From assembly GCA_049512935.1 (NCBI GenBank), contig JBEKWR010000031.1:1-17335 (forward strand): DNA of 17,335 nt. Reading direction: 5' to 3'. This document shows, piece after piece, positions 1 to 8,085 of the stretch. Position 1 is the stretch's first letter, and every line of letters starts with the position of its first letter. Position numbers and translations under genes: made by a program. This DNA comes from Candidatus Bathyarchaeia archaeon. GTDB taxonomy: Archaea > Thermoproteota > Bathyarchaeia > Bathyarchaeales > Bathycorpusculaceae. The notes beneath the pieces are model-generated. The model did no database searches. It saw nothing but the letters and a program-made list of their open reading frames with translations, and had not been told where the DNA came from.

Positions 1-143
1 CAACCATAGTTAACTATATTTTCGGATTAGGCGGACGAGACGCAACCCCCGTTGAACTCCGACAAATCTACGATGACCTACTGCAGATTAACAAGACAGG
101 AAACGTGGAAACCACGGTGCATTTCCTGGGACTAAGGGAGTAA
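1..143 (+). CDS. porA: 3' end of pyruvate:ferredoxin oxidoreductase alpha subunit (partial)
   Basis: Frame from nt 3 reads TIVNYIFGLGGRDATPVELRQIYDDLLQINKTGNVETTVHFLGLRE* (TAA 141-143). Y-x-x-GLGGRD is the typical PorA C-terminal motif. Lies directly upstream of porB. Not in the ORF track. Confidence 0.9.
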   Translation, partial: TIVNYIFGLGGRDATPVELRQIYDDLLQINKTGNVETTVHFLGLRE

Positions 144-157
144 CTGGAGGAAAAAAA

Positions 158-1123
158 ATGACGACACAAGAATGGAAATTCACAGCAAAAGATATTGCTC
201 AAAAACCAGACCTGTTCCTTTCTGGGCACCGAGCGTGCGCAGGCTGCGGACCAGCATCAACCCTGCGGCTCATCATGAAAGCCACGAGGGGACCAACAAT
301 TGTGACTCAAGCAACTGGCTGCATGGAAATCGTCGGCTCAATCTACCCGTACACATCTTGGGCGCTGCCTTGGCTGCACACGGCTTTCGAAAACGCCGCC
401 GCGAACGCTTCAGGCATCGATGCCGCATTGAAAATAATGCGCAAGAAAGGCAAAATCAAACAGGAACATATTGACATTATTGCGTTGGCAGGTGACGGCG
501 GAACCTGCGATATTGGCTTGCAAGCCCTGTCGGGCGCTGTTGAACGCGGACACGACTTCCTCTTCATCCTCTACGACAACGAAGGCTACATGAACACGGG
601 CATACAAAGAAGCAGCTCCACACCGACAGGTGCAGCAACAACAACCACTCCCGCGGGCAAAGTCATTCCCGGCAAGCTCGAAAAGAAAAAGCCTATCACC
701 GAAATCATGCTTGCCCACGACATGCCCTACGTTGCGACTGCAACAGCCTACTACTGGAAAGATATGCTGACCAAAGTCCGCAAGGGCCTTGAAGTTGAAG
801 GACCAGCATTCCTGCACGTTTTCGCCCCTTGCCCAAGAGGCTGGCGCACCGAACCAAGCAAAACCATGGAGTACTCAAAACTCTCCGTTGAAACCTGCGT
901 GTTTCCAGTTTGGGAGGCAGTTAACGGCAAAAGACAGCTTTCGACGCCTAGCAAACTCATCCAGCTTGCGCCGCAAAAGAAACGACCAGTCAAAGACTAT
1001 TTGGCGGGGCAAGGCAGGTTCAGACACCTCTTTACGCCGCAAAATCAGCATATCATGGATGAAATGCAGCGCTTAACCGATGAAAACTGGCAACGGCTAA
1101 CTCAAAAATGCGAGCCAGCCTAA
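158..1123 (+). CDS. porB: Pyruvate/2-oxoacid:ferredoxin oxidoreductase beta subunit
   Basis: GHRACAGCG, TGCMEI and PCP [4Fe-4S] cysteines; TPP-binding GDGG...DNEGYMNTGIQRS; GGAGG RBS at 146-150. Substrate specificity (por vs vor) not proven. Confidence 0.93.
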   Translation: MTTQEWKFTAKDIAQKPDLFLSGHRACAGCGPASTLRLIMKATRGPTIVTQATGCMEIVGSIYPYTSWALPWLHTAFENAAANASGIDAALKIMRKKGKIKQEHIDIIALAGDGGTCDIGLQALSGAVERGHDFLFILYDNEGYMNTGIQRSSSTPTGAATTTTPAGKVIPGKLEKKKPITEIMLAHDMPYVATATAYYWKDMLTKVRKGLEVEGPAFLHVFAPCPRGWRTEPSKTMEYSKLSVETCVFPVWEAVNGKRQLSTPSKLIQLAPQKKRPVKDYLAGQGRFRHLFTPQNQHIMDEMQRLTDENWQRLTQKCEPA

Positions 1124-1152
1124 AACCTTCCCTAATCATTTTATTTTTGGAC

Positions 1153-1578
1153 TTAACTTGAGGAGATTCTTCGTATTCCTTCAACTTTATCAAAGTCTTC
1201 GTCGAATGAATAAATCTCACTGATGCCATTCAACTTCATGATATCAACCGCCAAGGCGTCGTTTGCATCAAGTCTTAAATTGTCGCCTAATTCGTTGGCG
1301 GCAAAATAGATGTCGCGCGTAACATCAGCCACAATGACATTCTCTAGCATGAACACTCCGCGCATTATTTCAGATACTTGGTCGGTGGGGAACCCGTGTT
1401 TCAGAATGTTTACAACTTCGGATAGATGAACAACAGAGGTCAAGACCCTATCTTTTCCTTCGAAAATATTGGCGATTATTCTTTGAGCGGCTTCTTTCAT
1501 ATCGATTTCTTTTTGACTAAGCTGTTTTCTAGGCTTATAGTACGCGTAGACGAAGACGTTGGCATCAAGAAATTTCAT
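1153..1578 (-). CDS. vapC: VapC-type PIN-domain toxin
   Basis: FLDANVF, SEV, DANDAL and IYSFDEDFD acidic PIN motifs. Likely start is ATG at 1578 (MKFLDAN), immediately after the antitoxin stop; the ORF track extends to 1605. Confidence 0.88.
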   Translation of the reverse strand: MKFLDANVFVYAYYKPRKQLSQKEIDMKEAAQRIIANIFEGKDRVLTSVVHLSEVVNILKHGFPTDQVSEIMRGVFMLENVIVADVTRDIYFAANELGDNLRLDANDALAVDIMKLNGISEIYSFDEDFDKVEGIRRISSS

Positions 1579-1579
1579 T

Positions 1580-1819
1580 TCATCCCTCATAAAATTTCTT
1601 TTCAAATTGTTTCCAGTTTCCTATCGCATCCACTCCAAGATCAGCCTTGTCAAAATATTTGGTGAGGTCAATCTTTCGCTTAGGAATAATCTTTAGGTAC
1701 CCTTTCCTTTTGATGACGTATAATTCTCTGCTTTCGCTGAGTTCAGTTTCTCGCCAATCCGCAGGCAGGATGAATCGACCTTGTTCATCCACTTTTTTTA
1801 ATTCAACTCCAGATTCCAT
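1580..1819 (-). CDS. vapB: AbrB/MazE-fold antitoxin (VapB)
   Basis: KVDEQGRFILPADWRE swapped-hairpin signature; directly upstream of the PIN gene. ATG at 1819 is preceded by GTGGTG (ORF track start 1834). Confidence 0.82.
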   Translation of the reverse strand: MESGVELKKVDEQGRFILPADWRETELSESRELYVIKRKGYLKIIPKRKIDLTKYFDKADLGVDAIGNWKQFEKKFYEG

Positions 1820-1973
1820 GCTTTTACACCACAAATGGAATATTTATCCAAACTATTAAACATAGTGCCAAGCTGTATAATCTTGTTCTTGCCAGTCGAC
1901 CTGGGTATGTTTGACCCCAGTTCGCGACCAATTTAATTTGAAAAATGGTCCAAAAGTAAGAAAAGATGGTTTC

Positions 1974-3206
1974 TTAGTGGTTGCCGTTTTCAGGCAGTAT
2001 CTTTAGTATGCGCAGGATTTTTTTGAATTCTTCCTCTTTCAGTGATGCTCTTCTGCCGTTGGCGTAGATTTCTTTGATTCGCTCAACCACCACCGCGACG
2101 GTCTGGTCGTCTGGTTCCGCTCCCGCAAGCTCCGTTATCTTATGCTTAACTATGCCTTTCCCTGATTGCTTCCCAATGGTTAGGCGCCGCTCGTTGCCGA
2201 CGAGTTCAGGTGGGTAAGGCTCATACGTCCAAGGGTCATTGAGGACGCCGTGCGTGTGAATTCCTGACTCATGTGCGAAGCCGTAGTCGCCCACGATTGC
2301 CTTGTTCGGCGGAACCACGTAACCCGTTGCCTTGCCGATGTAGTCGGCTGTCGCCTTGAGCTTCTGGGTTTTGCCCTCAAACTTTTTGACGCCGTAATGC
2401 AGGTACAGGTTCAGCAGCACTTTTTCGGTTTCAGCGTTGCCCGCACGTTCGCCGATGCCAAGGTAGGTTGTGCTAACGTAAACTTTGTCCCATACTCCTG
2501 AGGCTGCCTTCACCGCTGCCATGGTGTTTTCCACCGCGTTTCCGAAGTCGTCGTGAGCGTGGATTTCTATGGCGCCGATTCGGGTTTGCTTTTTGATCGC
2601 CACAACCTTTGCCGGGACACCGTTAGGCAGAGGCGCCTCAGGGTCAGACAACCCTATGCCAACTGTGTCGCAGATACGGTAACATTCGGCGCCCGCGTCG
2701 GCGACGGCGTTGATTAGTTTCTTCTCGAAGTCCCAATCTGCCCGTGTGCTGTCTTCGCCGTGCACGAAGGTTCGCAGCCCGCAGGTTTTAGCCGCGTACT
2801 CGACGACATCAACGATGTTGGCTAAGAGTTGTTCTCTTGTTTTTTCAGGCCACTTCGCCCTGAAATGAATGTCTGAAACGGGGTGGGAGATGCCGACTTC
2901 CTTGAATCCGCATGCAACTGCGCTGTCAACGTCTTCTTTTAGGGCTCTGCACCATCCAGCGACCCGCATGTCGAGGTTTAAGTCTGCGATGAGTTTGGCT
3001 GCTTTTTTGTCTGGCTCTTGATAATGGAATAGCTCGATCCGTTCGACGCCGATTTCGGCGAGGAATTGGGCTATCCTAGCGGAGTCTTTAGGTCCCGCCG
3101 CTAAGCCTGGCATTTGGATTCCGTCTCGGAGCGTGGTGTCGTCTATTATTGGCTCCGTTTTTAGCGGCAACTTGAAATAGTAGTCTTGTAAGTCCATGTT
3201 TTTCAC
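1974..3206 (-). CDS. DRE-TIM acyltransferase (homocitrate synthase / Re-citrate synthase-like), no LeuA regulatory domain
   Basis: DTTLRDG, EDSTRAD, CDTVG, HAHDDFG, GIGERAGNA and FAHESGIH motifs; 410 aa with no C-terminal regulatory domain. Start GTG 3206 or ATG 3197. Confidence 0.88.
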   Translation of the reverse strand: MKNMDLQDYYFKLPLKTEPIIDDTTLRDGIQMPGLAAGPKDSARIAQFLAEIGVERIELFHYQEPDKKAAKLIADLNLDMRVAGWCRALKEDVDSAVACGFKEVGISHPVSDIHFRAKWPEKTREQLLANIVDVVEYAAKTCGLRTFVHGEDSTRADWDFEKKLINAVADAGAECYRICDTVGIGLSDPEAPLPNGVPAKVVAIKKQTRIGAIEIHAHDDFGNAVENTMAAVKAASGVWDKVYVSTTYLGIGERAGNAETEKVLLNLYLHYGVKKFEGKTQKLKATADYIGKATGYVVPPNKAIVGDYGFAHESGIHTHGVLNDPWTYEPYPPELVGNERRLTIGKQSGKGIVKHKITELAGAEPDDQTVAVVVERIKEIYANGRRASLKEEEFKKILRILKILPENGNH

Positions 3207-3248
3207 TACTTTTGTATTGTTTTTGCTTCTCCCACAAGATTTGTGTAA

Positions 3249-3287
3249 CGATAATTATATCGCCTACATGCTATTGATAAACGTTTC
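3249..3287 (-). promoter_or_regulatory. BRE/TATA promoter of the DRE-TIM gene with adjacent inverted repeat
   Basis: Minus strand GAAACG-TTTATCAA (3274-3287); CGATA-ATTA-TATCG inverted repeat at 3249-3262 near the expected start site. Confidence 0.45.
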
Positions 3288-3385
3288 TGTACCATTTTTG
3301 TATGTTTGTTCAACAAAATACGGACATAATATCAAGGCATCTTGTCTAAAGTAACTTAAAACTTTACACATAAACAGGGCAAAAA

Positions 3386-3700
3386 CTATTTTGCGCCCGA
3401 ATACAGCGCCTTCAAGGTTCCTGAAACAGACAAAACCCGCAGAGAAGCCTCCTTCCCCGCTACGCTGGTCATCGTGGCCAACGCCGCTCTAACCATGTTC
3501 AATGTGGCAAGCGAAACCCGAATCACTGCCACCTTCCGTTCCACGTCGAAATCAATCAGGCTTAAGCCCGTCTGGCTTGCCCCCACTTCGCCGTAAAGCC
3601 GCGTAACCGCAGCCCAAACCGCGTCGATAAATTCGCGTTCGGTCGGCAAAACTTCGCATTCCACCTGCAGAGCCAAGTAGCGCCGCTTTACACGTTTCAT
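3386..3700 (-). CDS. rnp2: Ribonuclease P protein component 2 (Pop5/Rpp14)
   Basis: KRRYLA at the N-terminus, LYGEVGAS, and VLSVSGTLKAL at the C-terminus; ATGA overlap with rnp3. Confidence 0.9.
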   Translation of the reverse strand: MKRVKRRYLALQVECEVLPTEREFIDAVWAAVTRLYGEVGASQTGLSLIDFDVERKVAVIRVSLATLNMVRAALATMTSVAGKEASLRVLSVSGTLKALYSGAK

Positions 3701-4431
3701 TGCCCTTTTCCCTCCTTGACCACGCTGATGCCTGGCGCAACAAAGCGGCTGCTGAGCTTTTCACGGTTTCGCTTCACAATCGCCGCTGGACTGCTTGAAA
3801 CAGTGTCCAAAGCTGAAGCCTCGTCTAACCCGAAAAGAAACGCCAGACTAGCCATGTCTTTCGGCATCCGCATAAGCCTCGCCTCAGCTACGCCGCTGGA
3901 AACAACGATGGGCACGTGGAATTCCTTAGCGACGGCGACTTCCCGACTTAGACTCATAAGCAGCCGCACTCGCGGCGGACCCTCCAAAATCAGGAGCGGT
4001 TTGATGTCAAATTCAAGGGCGGCTAAGCTTCCGCTTGCCAGCTCCGCTTCGGCGCGGTCAAAAAACCGTTTATGATAGTCGAGGCTGCTGAAGTTTAAGA
4101 GGTCAACGCGCCTGTCCTTAGCTGCTTGCCTCGCAACTTCTTTGCTGTCGCAGGATATGCAGATGACTTCGAATTGGCGCCTGAACTTGCGCAGGAAACG
4201 CGTCAACTCGGCTTCTGACCTGGGATAAAAGTCGGCGCGTGAAACAAAATCCACCGATGCCTCGCGGCACATAGCTTTAAGCTTGGCGAGTTCCTCTTCG
4301 TTTGGCCTCGAGGTGAACGGAACCGAGATTTGGCTGTACCCGAACTGGGCGGCTTTGCCGACTAGCCGTTGGGTTGCCTGTTGATCTTTTGGGTTGGCGC
4401 GTAAATGCAGGTCAGCAAAGGTCCGTGTCAT
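3697..4431 (-). CDS. rnp3: Ribonuclease P protein component 3 (Rpp30)
   Basis: FADLHL, ARQAAKDRRVDLL, PIVVSSG and LMRMPKD motifs; operon context. ATG at 4431 forms an ATGA overlap with the upstream gene (ORF track start 4455). Confidence 0.88.
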   Translation of the reverse strand: MTRTFADLHLRANPKDQQATQRLVGKAAQFGYSQISVPFTSRPNEEELAKLKAMCREASVDFVSRADFYPRSEAELTRFLRKFRRQFEVICISCDSKEVARQAAKDRRVDLLNFSSLDYHKRFFDRAEAELASGSLAALEFDIKPLLILEGPPRVRLLMSLSREVAVAKEFHVPIVVSSGVAEARLMRMPKDMASLAFLFGLDEASALDTVSSSPAAIVKRNREKLSSRFVAPGISVVKEGKGQ

Positions 4432-4874
4432 GGCAACAACCCTGAAGACTTGCATAATTCCTCTATCTGCTCAGAGGATTTGTTTTTGAAGTGAATTTTA
4501 ACGTGGATCGGGTCAATTTGCGTAAACTTGAACGCCCCCGAAAAGGCTGATTGCTTGTCAAAACGGAGATACAGGTTACACTTTTCCACATGCAGCTTCC
4601 AGTCGGTGCATAACTGTTCCTTGTCGAGGGAGTTCAGGCAGCCGCCGATTTTTTCCAGCGCCTTCGGAAGCAGCTTTTTGTCTGTCAATTTCGCGGTGAA
4701 AAGGGTTATGGGGTTTCCATGGTGCCCCGTCAAGTTGGTTGTTTCAAAAAGGATGGTTTGAGCCAGTTCGTCTGGCAGTAGGTTTCTTACGGCAGTTTGA
4801 ACTTTCTGGGGGTCCTCTGTTGCGTGGGCGAATACTCGAATATCCATGTAGGCTATTGGCGGTTTAGAAGACAT
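4428..4874 (-). CDS. RNA-binding protein, COG1325/DUF54 (exosome superoperon-associated)
   Basis: VFAHATEDPQKV, GHHGNPI and LYLRFDKQSA motifs; conserved position between rpl15e and rnp3. Confidence 0.88.
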   Translation of the reverse strand: MSSKPPIAYMDIRVFAHATEDPQKVQTAVRNLLPDELAQTILFETTNLTGHHGNPITLFTAKLTDKKLLPKALEKIGGCLNSLDKEQLCTDWKLHVEKCNLYLRFDKQSAFSGAFKFTQIDPIHVKIHFKNKSSEQIEELCKSSGLLP

Positions 4875-4900
4875 TGGACACCGATTGTGTTTCGGGGCTT

Positions 4901-5176
4901 CTAGCTTTTAGCCTTTTTCTTTTGCTTCTTCTTTTCGGGCTTGGTTTTCGCTTCCGGCTTTTTGGGTTTCGCTTCGGCTTTTGCTTTTTCAGCGTGCGCT
5001 TTTAGGGTTTCAACGTTTTCGTCGTGTGCTGATTTGCGTTTGATGTCAAGCGGTATGCCAATTTTTTTGGCGTCTTGTTTGGTTAAGCCTGCGTTTTTCA
5101 GTTCGGTTAGGCTGAATCCTCTGCTTGTGCTTTTTTTGCCGTTTTGCTTGGTTACGGTTGCTTTGATATGGTGCAT
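4901..5176 (-). CDS. rpl13e: 50S ribosomal protein L13e (eL13)
   Basis: RGFSLTELKNAGL...AKKIGIPLDIKRKSAHDENVETLK matches the eL13 core; Lys-rich tail. Confidence 0.85.
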   Translation of the reverse strand: MHHIKATVTKQNGKKSTSRGFSLTELKNAGLTKQDAKKIGIPLDIKRKSAHDENVETLKAHAEKAKAEAKPKKPEAKTKPEKKKQKKKAKS

Positions 5177-5180
5177 TATT

Positions 5181-5771
5181 TTACCACCGTTGCTCCTGGT
5201 GTCTTGCGCCTCTCTGGTGGCTCGGTCGCACTTTTTCTGCGCCTTTTCCGCGGTGCCTTAAGCCTCTGACGCTTTTGCCTGCGCTTGTTAAGCTTCTGAA
5301 GACTCTTCCGTCATGCTGGTTCTCAGCTATCCAGTTGATGTCCTTGTCGGATTTTATGACTGGACTGCTTGGGTCAACCAGGATTATTTCGAACCACTTG
5401 TGTCGTCCGTCTTCGCCAACCCAGTAGCTGTTTAAAACTTCTAGGTTGGGAAACTTTTTTGCCGTGCGTTCTTCAGCTATGAGCCTGATGCTTTTGCCTG
5501 GTTTGAATTTGGCGACACCCATGCGTTTGGGTCGTCTTCCTGAGCGTGGACGCAGCTTTCGCAGTCCGCCTCTTCGCACTCTCGTGCGTGCTACAACGAA
5601 GCCTTGTTTGGCTTTGTAGCCTAGTTTGCGTGCCTTGTCAAGTCTTGTCGGGTGTTCGATGCGTAGGGTTACTGGTTGCTTGCGCCATTGTACCATGCGT
5701 TGCCTGTTGAGTTCTTCCACGAAAGAATTTTCGCGGTCTGCCCATTCTTCGGCTATGTACTTGTATGCCAT
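5181..5771 (-). CDS. rpl15e: 50S ribosomal protein L15e (eL15)
   Basis: [42 protein letters not shown] and [11 protein letters not shown] signatures; GGAGG RBS. Confidence 0.97.
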   Translation of the reverse strand: MAYKYIAEEWADRENSFVEELNRQRMVQWRKQPVTLRIEHPTRLDKARKLGYKAKQGFVVARTRVRRGGLRKLRPRSGRRPKRMGVAKFKPGKSIRLIAEERTAKKFPNLEVLNSYWVGEDGRHKWFEIILVDPSSPVIKSDKDINWIAENQHDGRVFRSLTSAGKSVRGLRHRGKGAEKVRPSHQRGARHQEQRW

Positions 5772-5860
5772 TTTTCAAATTTCCTCCATGTAGTTTATGC
5801 TTACGGTTCAGTCCACAACGGGACCACATCCCAACGGACAATGGTTGTCCGCCAGCAAGT
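5772..5860 (-). promoter_or_regulatory. Candidate structured eL15 ribosomal leader (5' UTR)
   Basis: Hairpin CGGACAA-CCA-UUGUCCG (5835-5851), then GGGAUGUG-GUCC-loop-GGAC-UGAACC (5805-5832), a K-turn-like internal loop. Lies between the TATA box and the RBS. Confidence 0.6.
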
Positions 5861-5882
5861 TCCCAACAATAAAGGATGCTGC

Positions 5883-5896
5883 AAAATAAACCTTTC
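5883..5896 (-). promoter_or_regulatory. BRE/TATA promoter of the rpl15e operon
   Basis: Minus strand GAAAGG-TTTATTTT about 30 nt upstream of the leader hairpin. Confidence 0.55.
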
Positions 5897-5953
5897 CAGC
5901 AAAACGACGCGGCTTGCAGACGTTTTCTCCTGAAAATGCAGAAATCTGATCGT

Positions 5954-6448
5954 TTAGTATCCACTGTGCAAGTTTTCCATTTCTAAGTCGGCAAACTCTT
6001 CTAAAATCCACTGCTTCATCTCATCTCTTGTGAGTCTGAAAGCCGCAAGTTTTTCATCTTCAGTTCCCTCGACTTCAGACGGGTCGGAGAAGCCGTGCAC
6101 GAGGTAATGCTTTGTTTTATGCAGTTTTGCATTGATTATGTCTGGTCTGCCCATGAACATAGGTGAAGAGCAAAGTTTACAAATCGTTTTAGCGCTGCTT
6201 TGGCAAACAGTCACGGCTAAATCAATGTCCACTTCACTGAACTCATCAATGCTTTTAGAGCGGTGCCCCGACATGTCTATCCCTATCTCAGCCATAGCTT
6301 TGATTGCTAATGGATGAACACTTGTCGGGTTAGTTCCAGCACTAAACACCTCATACTTGTCTCCATAAAAGTGTCTTAGCAATCCCTCAGCCATTTGTGA
6401 CCTAGCTGAATTGTGAGTGCATAAGAAAAGAATTCTTATCTTAGCCAT
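5954..6448 (-). CDS. arsC: Arsenate reductase, LMW-PTP/thioredoxin-type, with insertion
   Basis: P-loop FLCTHNSARSQMAEG, SAG, TVC...C and DP motifs; ATG at 6448 (ORF track start 6457). Confidence 0.88.
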   Translation of the reverse strand: MAKIRILFLCTHNSARSQMAEGLLRHFYGDKYEVFSAGTNPTSVHPLAIKAMAEIGIDMSGHRSKSIDEFSEVDIDLAVTVCQSSAKTICKLCSSPMFMGRPDIINAKLHKTKHYLVHGFSDPSEVEGTEDEKLAAFRLTRDEMKQWILEEFADLEMENLHSGY

Positions 6449-6462
6449 CGGAATCACTTTCC

Positions 6463-6903
6463 CTATTCAGCAATGGGTATTTTCCTGTCTTTAAGGAAGT
6501 TCTTAACATGTTCTTGTATCTGGTCTCTAACTGCCCTGAATTTAGCGAGTTTTTGTTCTTCTGTGCCTTCAAAAGCAGCTGGGTCTTCGATGTTCCAGTA
6601 TAATCTTGTTGAGGGCCCTGGAATGGTTGGGCAGTCTTCTTCCTCTCCTTTTCTGCAAACAGTAATTGCAATTCCAAAGTATTCATTTTTTGTCAATTGC
6701 CAAAGATTCTTGGGTTGCTGTTTAGATAGGTCATAGCCGATTTCTTGCATTACTTTGATGGTGTAGGGATGCAAGGGCTTAGGGTCAAACCCAGCACTAT
6801 ACACGTCAAAATAGTCTCCACCATACTTTCTAAGAAAAGCTTCAGCCATCTGACTTCTCGCTGAGTTATGTGTACACAAAAAGATAACCTTAGTTTTAGT
6901 CAA
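6463..6903 (-). CDS. arsC: Arsenate reductase, LMW-PTP/thioredoxin-type
   Basis: FLCTHNSARSQMAEA, TVC-x7-CP, WNIEDPA and FRAVRDQI motifs; TTG start just after the acr3 stop. Confidence 0.9.
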   Translation of the reverse strand: MTKTKVIFLCTHNSARSQMAEAFLRKYGGDYFDVYSAGFDPKPLHPYTIKVMQEIGYDLSKQQPKNLWQLTKNEYFGIAITVCRKGEEEDCPTIPGPSTRLYWNIEDPAAFEGTEEQKLAKFRAVRDQIQEHVKNFLKDRKIPIAE

Positions 6904-6904
6904 A

Positions 6905-7984
6905 TCAACGCACCTTAAGCTTATTATTGGAATCTTCGTCTTTGTAATATTTCTTTCTTAACCACAATGCAACGTTAACTAAACTTATCATTACTGGCAC
7001 CTCTATCAGTGGACCGATGACGGCGGCGAAGGCTTCTTGGGATGCTAAACCGAAAACCGCGACCGCCACGGCGATAGCTAACTCGAAGTTGTTGCTGGCG
7101 GCGGTGAAGGAGAGCGAGGCGGTTCTTTGGTAACCTAGCTTCGAATAGTATCCCAACGCGAAAGCAACCGAAAACATCACAACGAAATACACTAAGAGCG
7201 GGATAGCAACCCTAACTACGTCCAATGGCAAACCAACGATGAATTGACCCTTAAGCGAGAACATCACAACTATGGTGAACAGCAAAGCGATCAATGAGGT
7301 GTGCCCGAGCCTTCGCATCAGCTGCTCGTACCATTCTTTTCCCTTAGTTCTTAAGAAGTAGAAGCGAGTTATCACGCCCGCAAAGAAGGGAATCCCGAGG
7401 TAAATCGCCACTGACTGAGCCACCTGCAAAAGGGAAATGTTCACGACTTGGCCTGTTCCCGAAATCCACCCGCTCGCAATCGTTATGTAAAAGAATGCGA
7501 GGACAGAGTACATTACGATTTGAAAAACAGAGTTCACCGCGACCAGTATGGCTGTCCACTCGTTGTCGGCTTCAGCAAGGTTGCTCCACACGATAACCAT
7601 GGCGATGCAACGTGCCAAGCCAATGAGAATTATGCCGTTCCTCAGCGCAGGGTAATTTCCAAGAAACACCCAAGCCAAAACAAACATCAGCAGGGGTCCA
7701 ATTATCCAGTTCAGAGAGATCGATTCGGCAAACATGGTTTTTGACCCCTTTGCTGATACCACTTTTCTTAGGTCTTCGTAGCGGACTCTAGCCAGCGGCG
7801 GGTACATCATCCAGATTAATCCGACGGCTATGGGGATTGAGGTTGTTCCAATGCTGAGGGAGCTTATGGCTGTGGCTGTGTCGGGGTAAACGTAGCCGAT
7901 GAGGACTCCTGCCAGCATCGCGATGAATATCCAGAGTGTTAAGAATTTGCTTAGCCATGAAAGGCGGGGTTTGGGTTTATCCAT
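6905..7984 (-). CDS. acr3: ACR3-family arsenite efflux transporter
   Basis: MMYPPLARV, GLARCIAMVIVW, SNNFELAIAVA and GPLIEVPVMI motifs; about 10 hydrophobic segments. Confidence 0.95.
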   Translation of the reverse strand: MDKPKPRLSWLSKFLTLWIFIAMLAGVLIGYVYPDTATAISSLSIGTTSIPIAVGLIWMMYPPLARVRYEDLRKVVSAKGSKTMFAESISLNWIIGPLLMFVLAWVFLGNYPALRNGIILIGLARCIAMVIVWSNLAEADNEWTAILVAVNSVFQIVMYSVLAFFYITIASGWISGTGQVVNISLLQVAQSVAIYLGIPFFAGVITRFYFLRTKGKEWYEQLMRRLGHTSLIALLFTIVVMFSLKGQFIVGLPLDVVRVAIPLLVYFVVMFSVAFALGYYSKLGYQRTASLSFTAASNNFELAIAVAVAVFGLASQEAFAAVIGPLIEVPVMISLVNVALWLRKKYYKDEDSNNKLKVR

Positions 7985-8085
7985 CTTAGCCTCTCGCTTG
8001 TGGGGTGTTAGGGTCTGGTCGCGATTATTTAAGGTGATTGGTAGGAAAATTCTTGTTTTCAGTTGAATTGGAGCTAAGCAGGTAA

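Noticed and set aside
3538-3551. Second parS-like sequence GTTCCACGTCGAAA
   Set aside because: Inside rnp2 and explained by codons for FDVER; imperfect palindrome.
4901-5000. Repetitive T-rich tract resembling a tandem repeat
   Set aside because: Explained by the Lys/Ala/Pro-rich tail of eL13.
5638-6011. ORFs 5638-5964, 5676-5933 and 5808-6011 across the rpl15e upstream region
   Set aside because: They overlap rpl15e or arsC and the promoter/leader, with no protein motifs.
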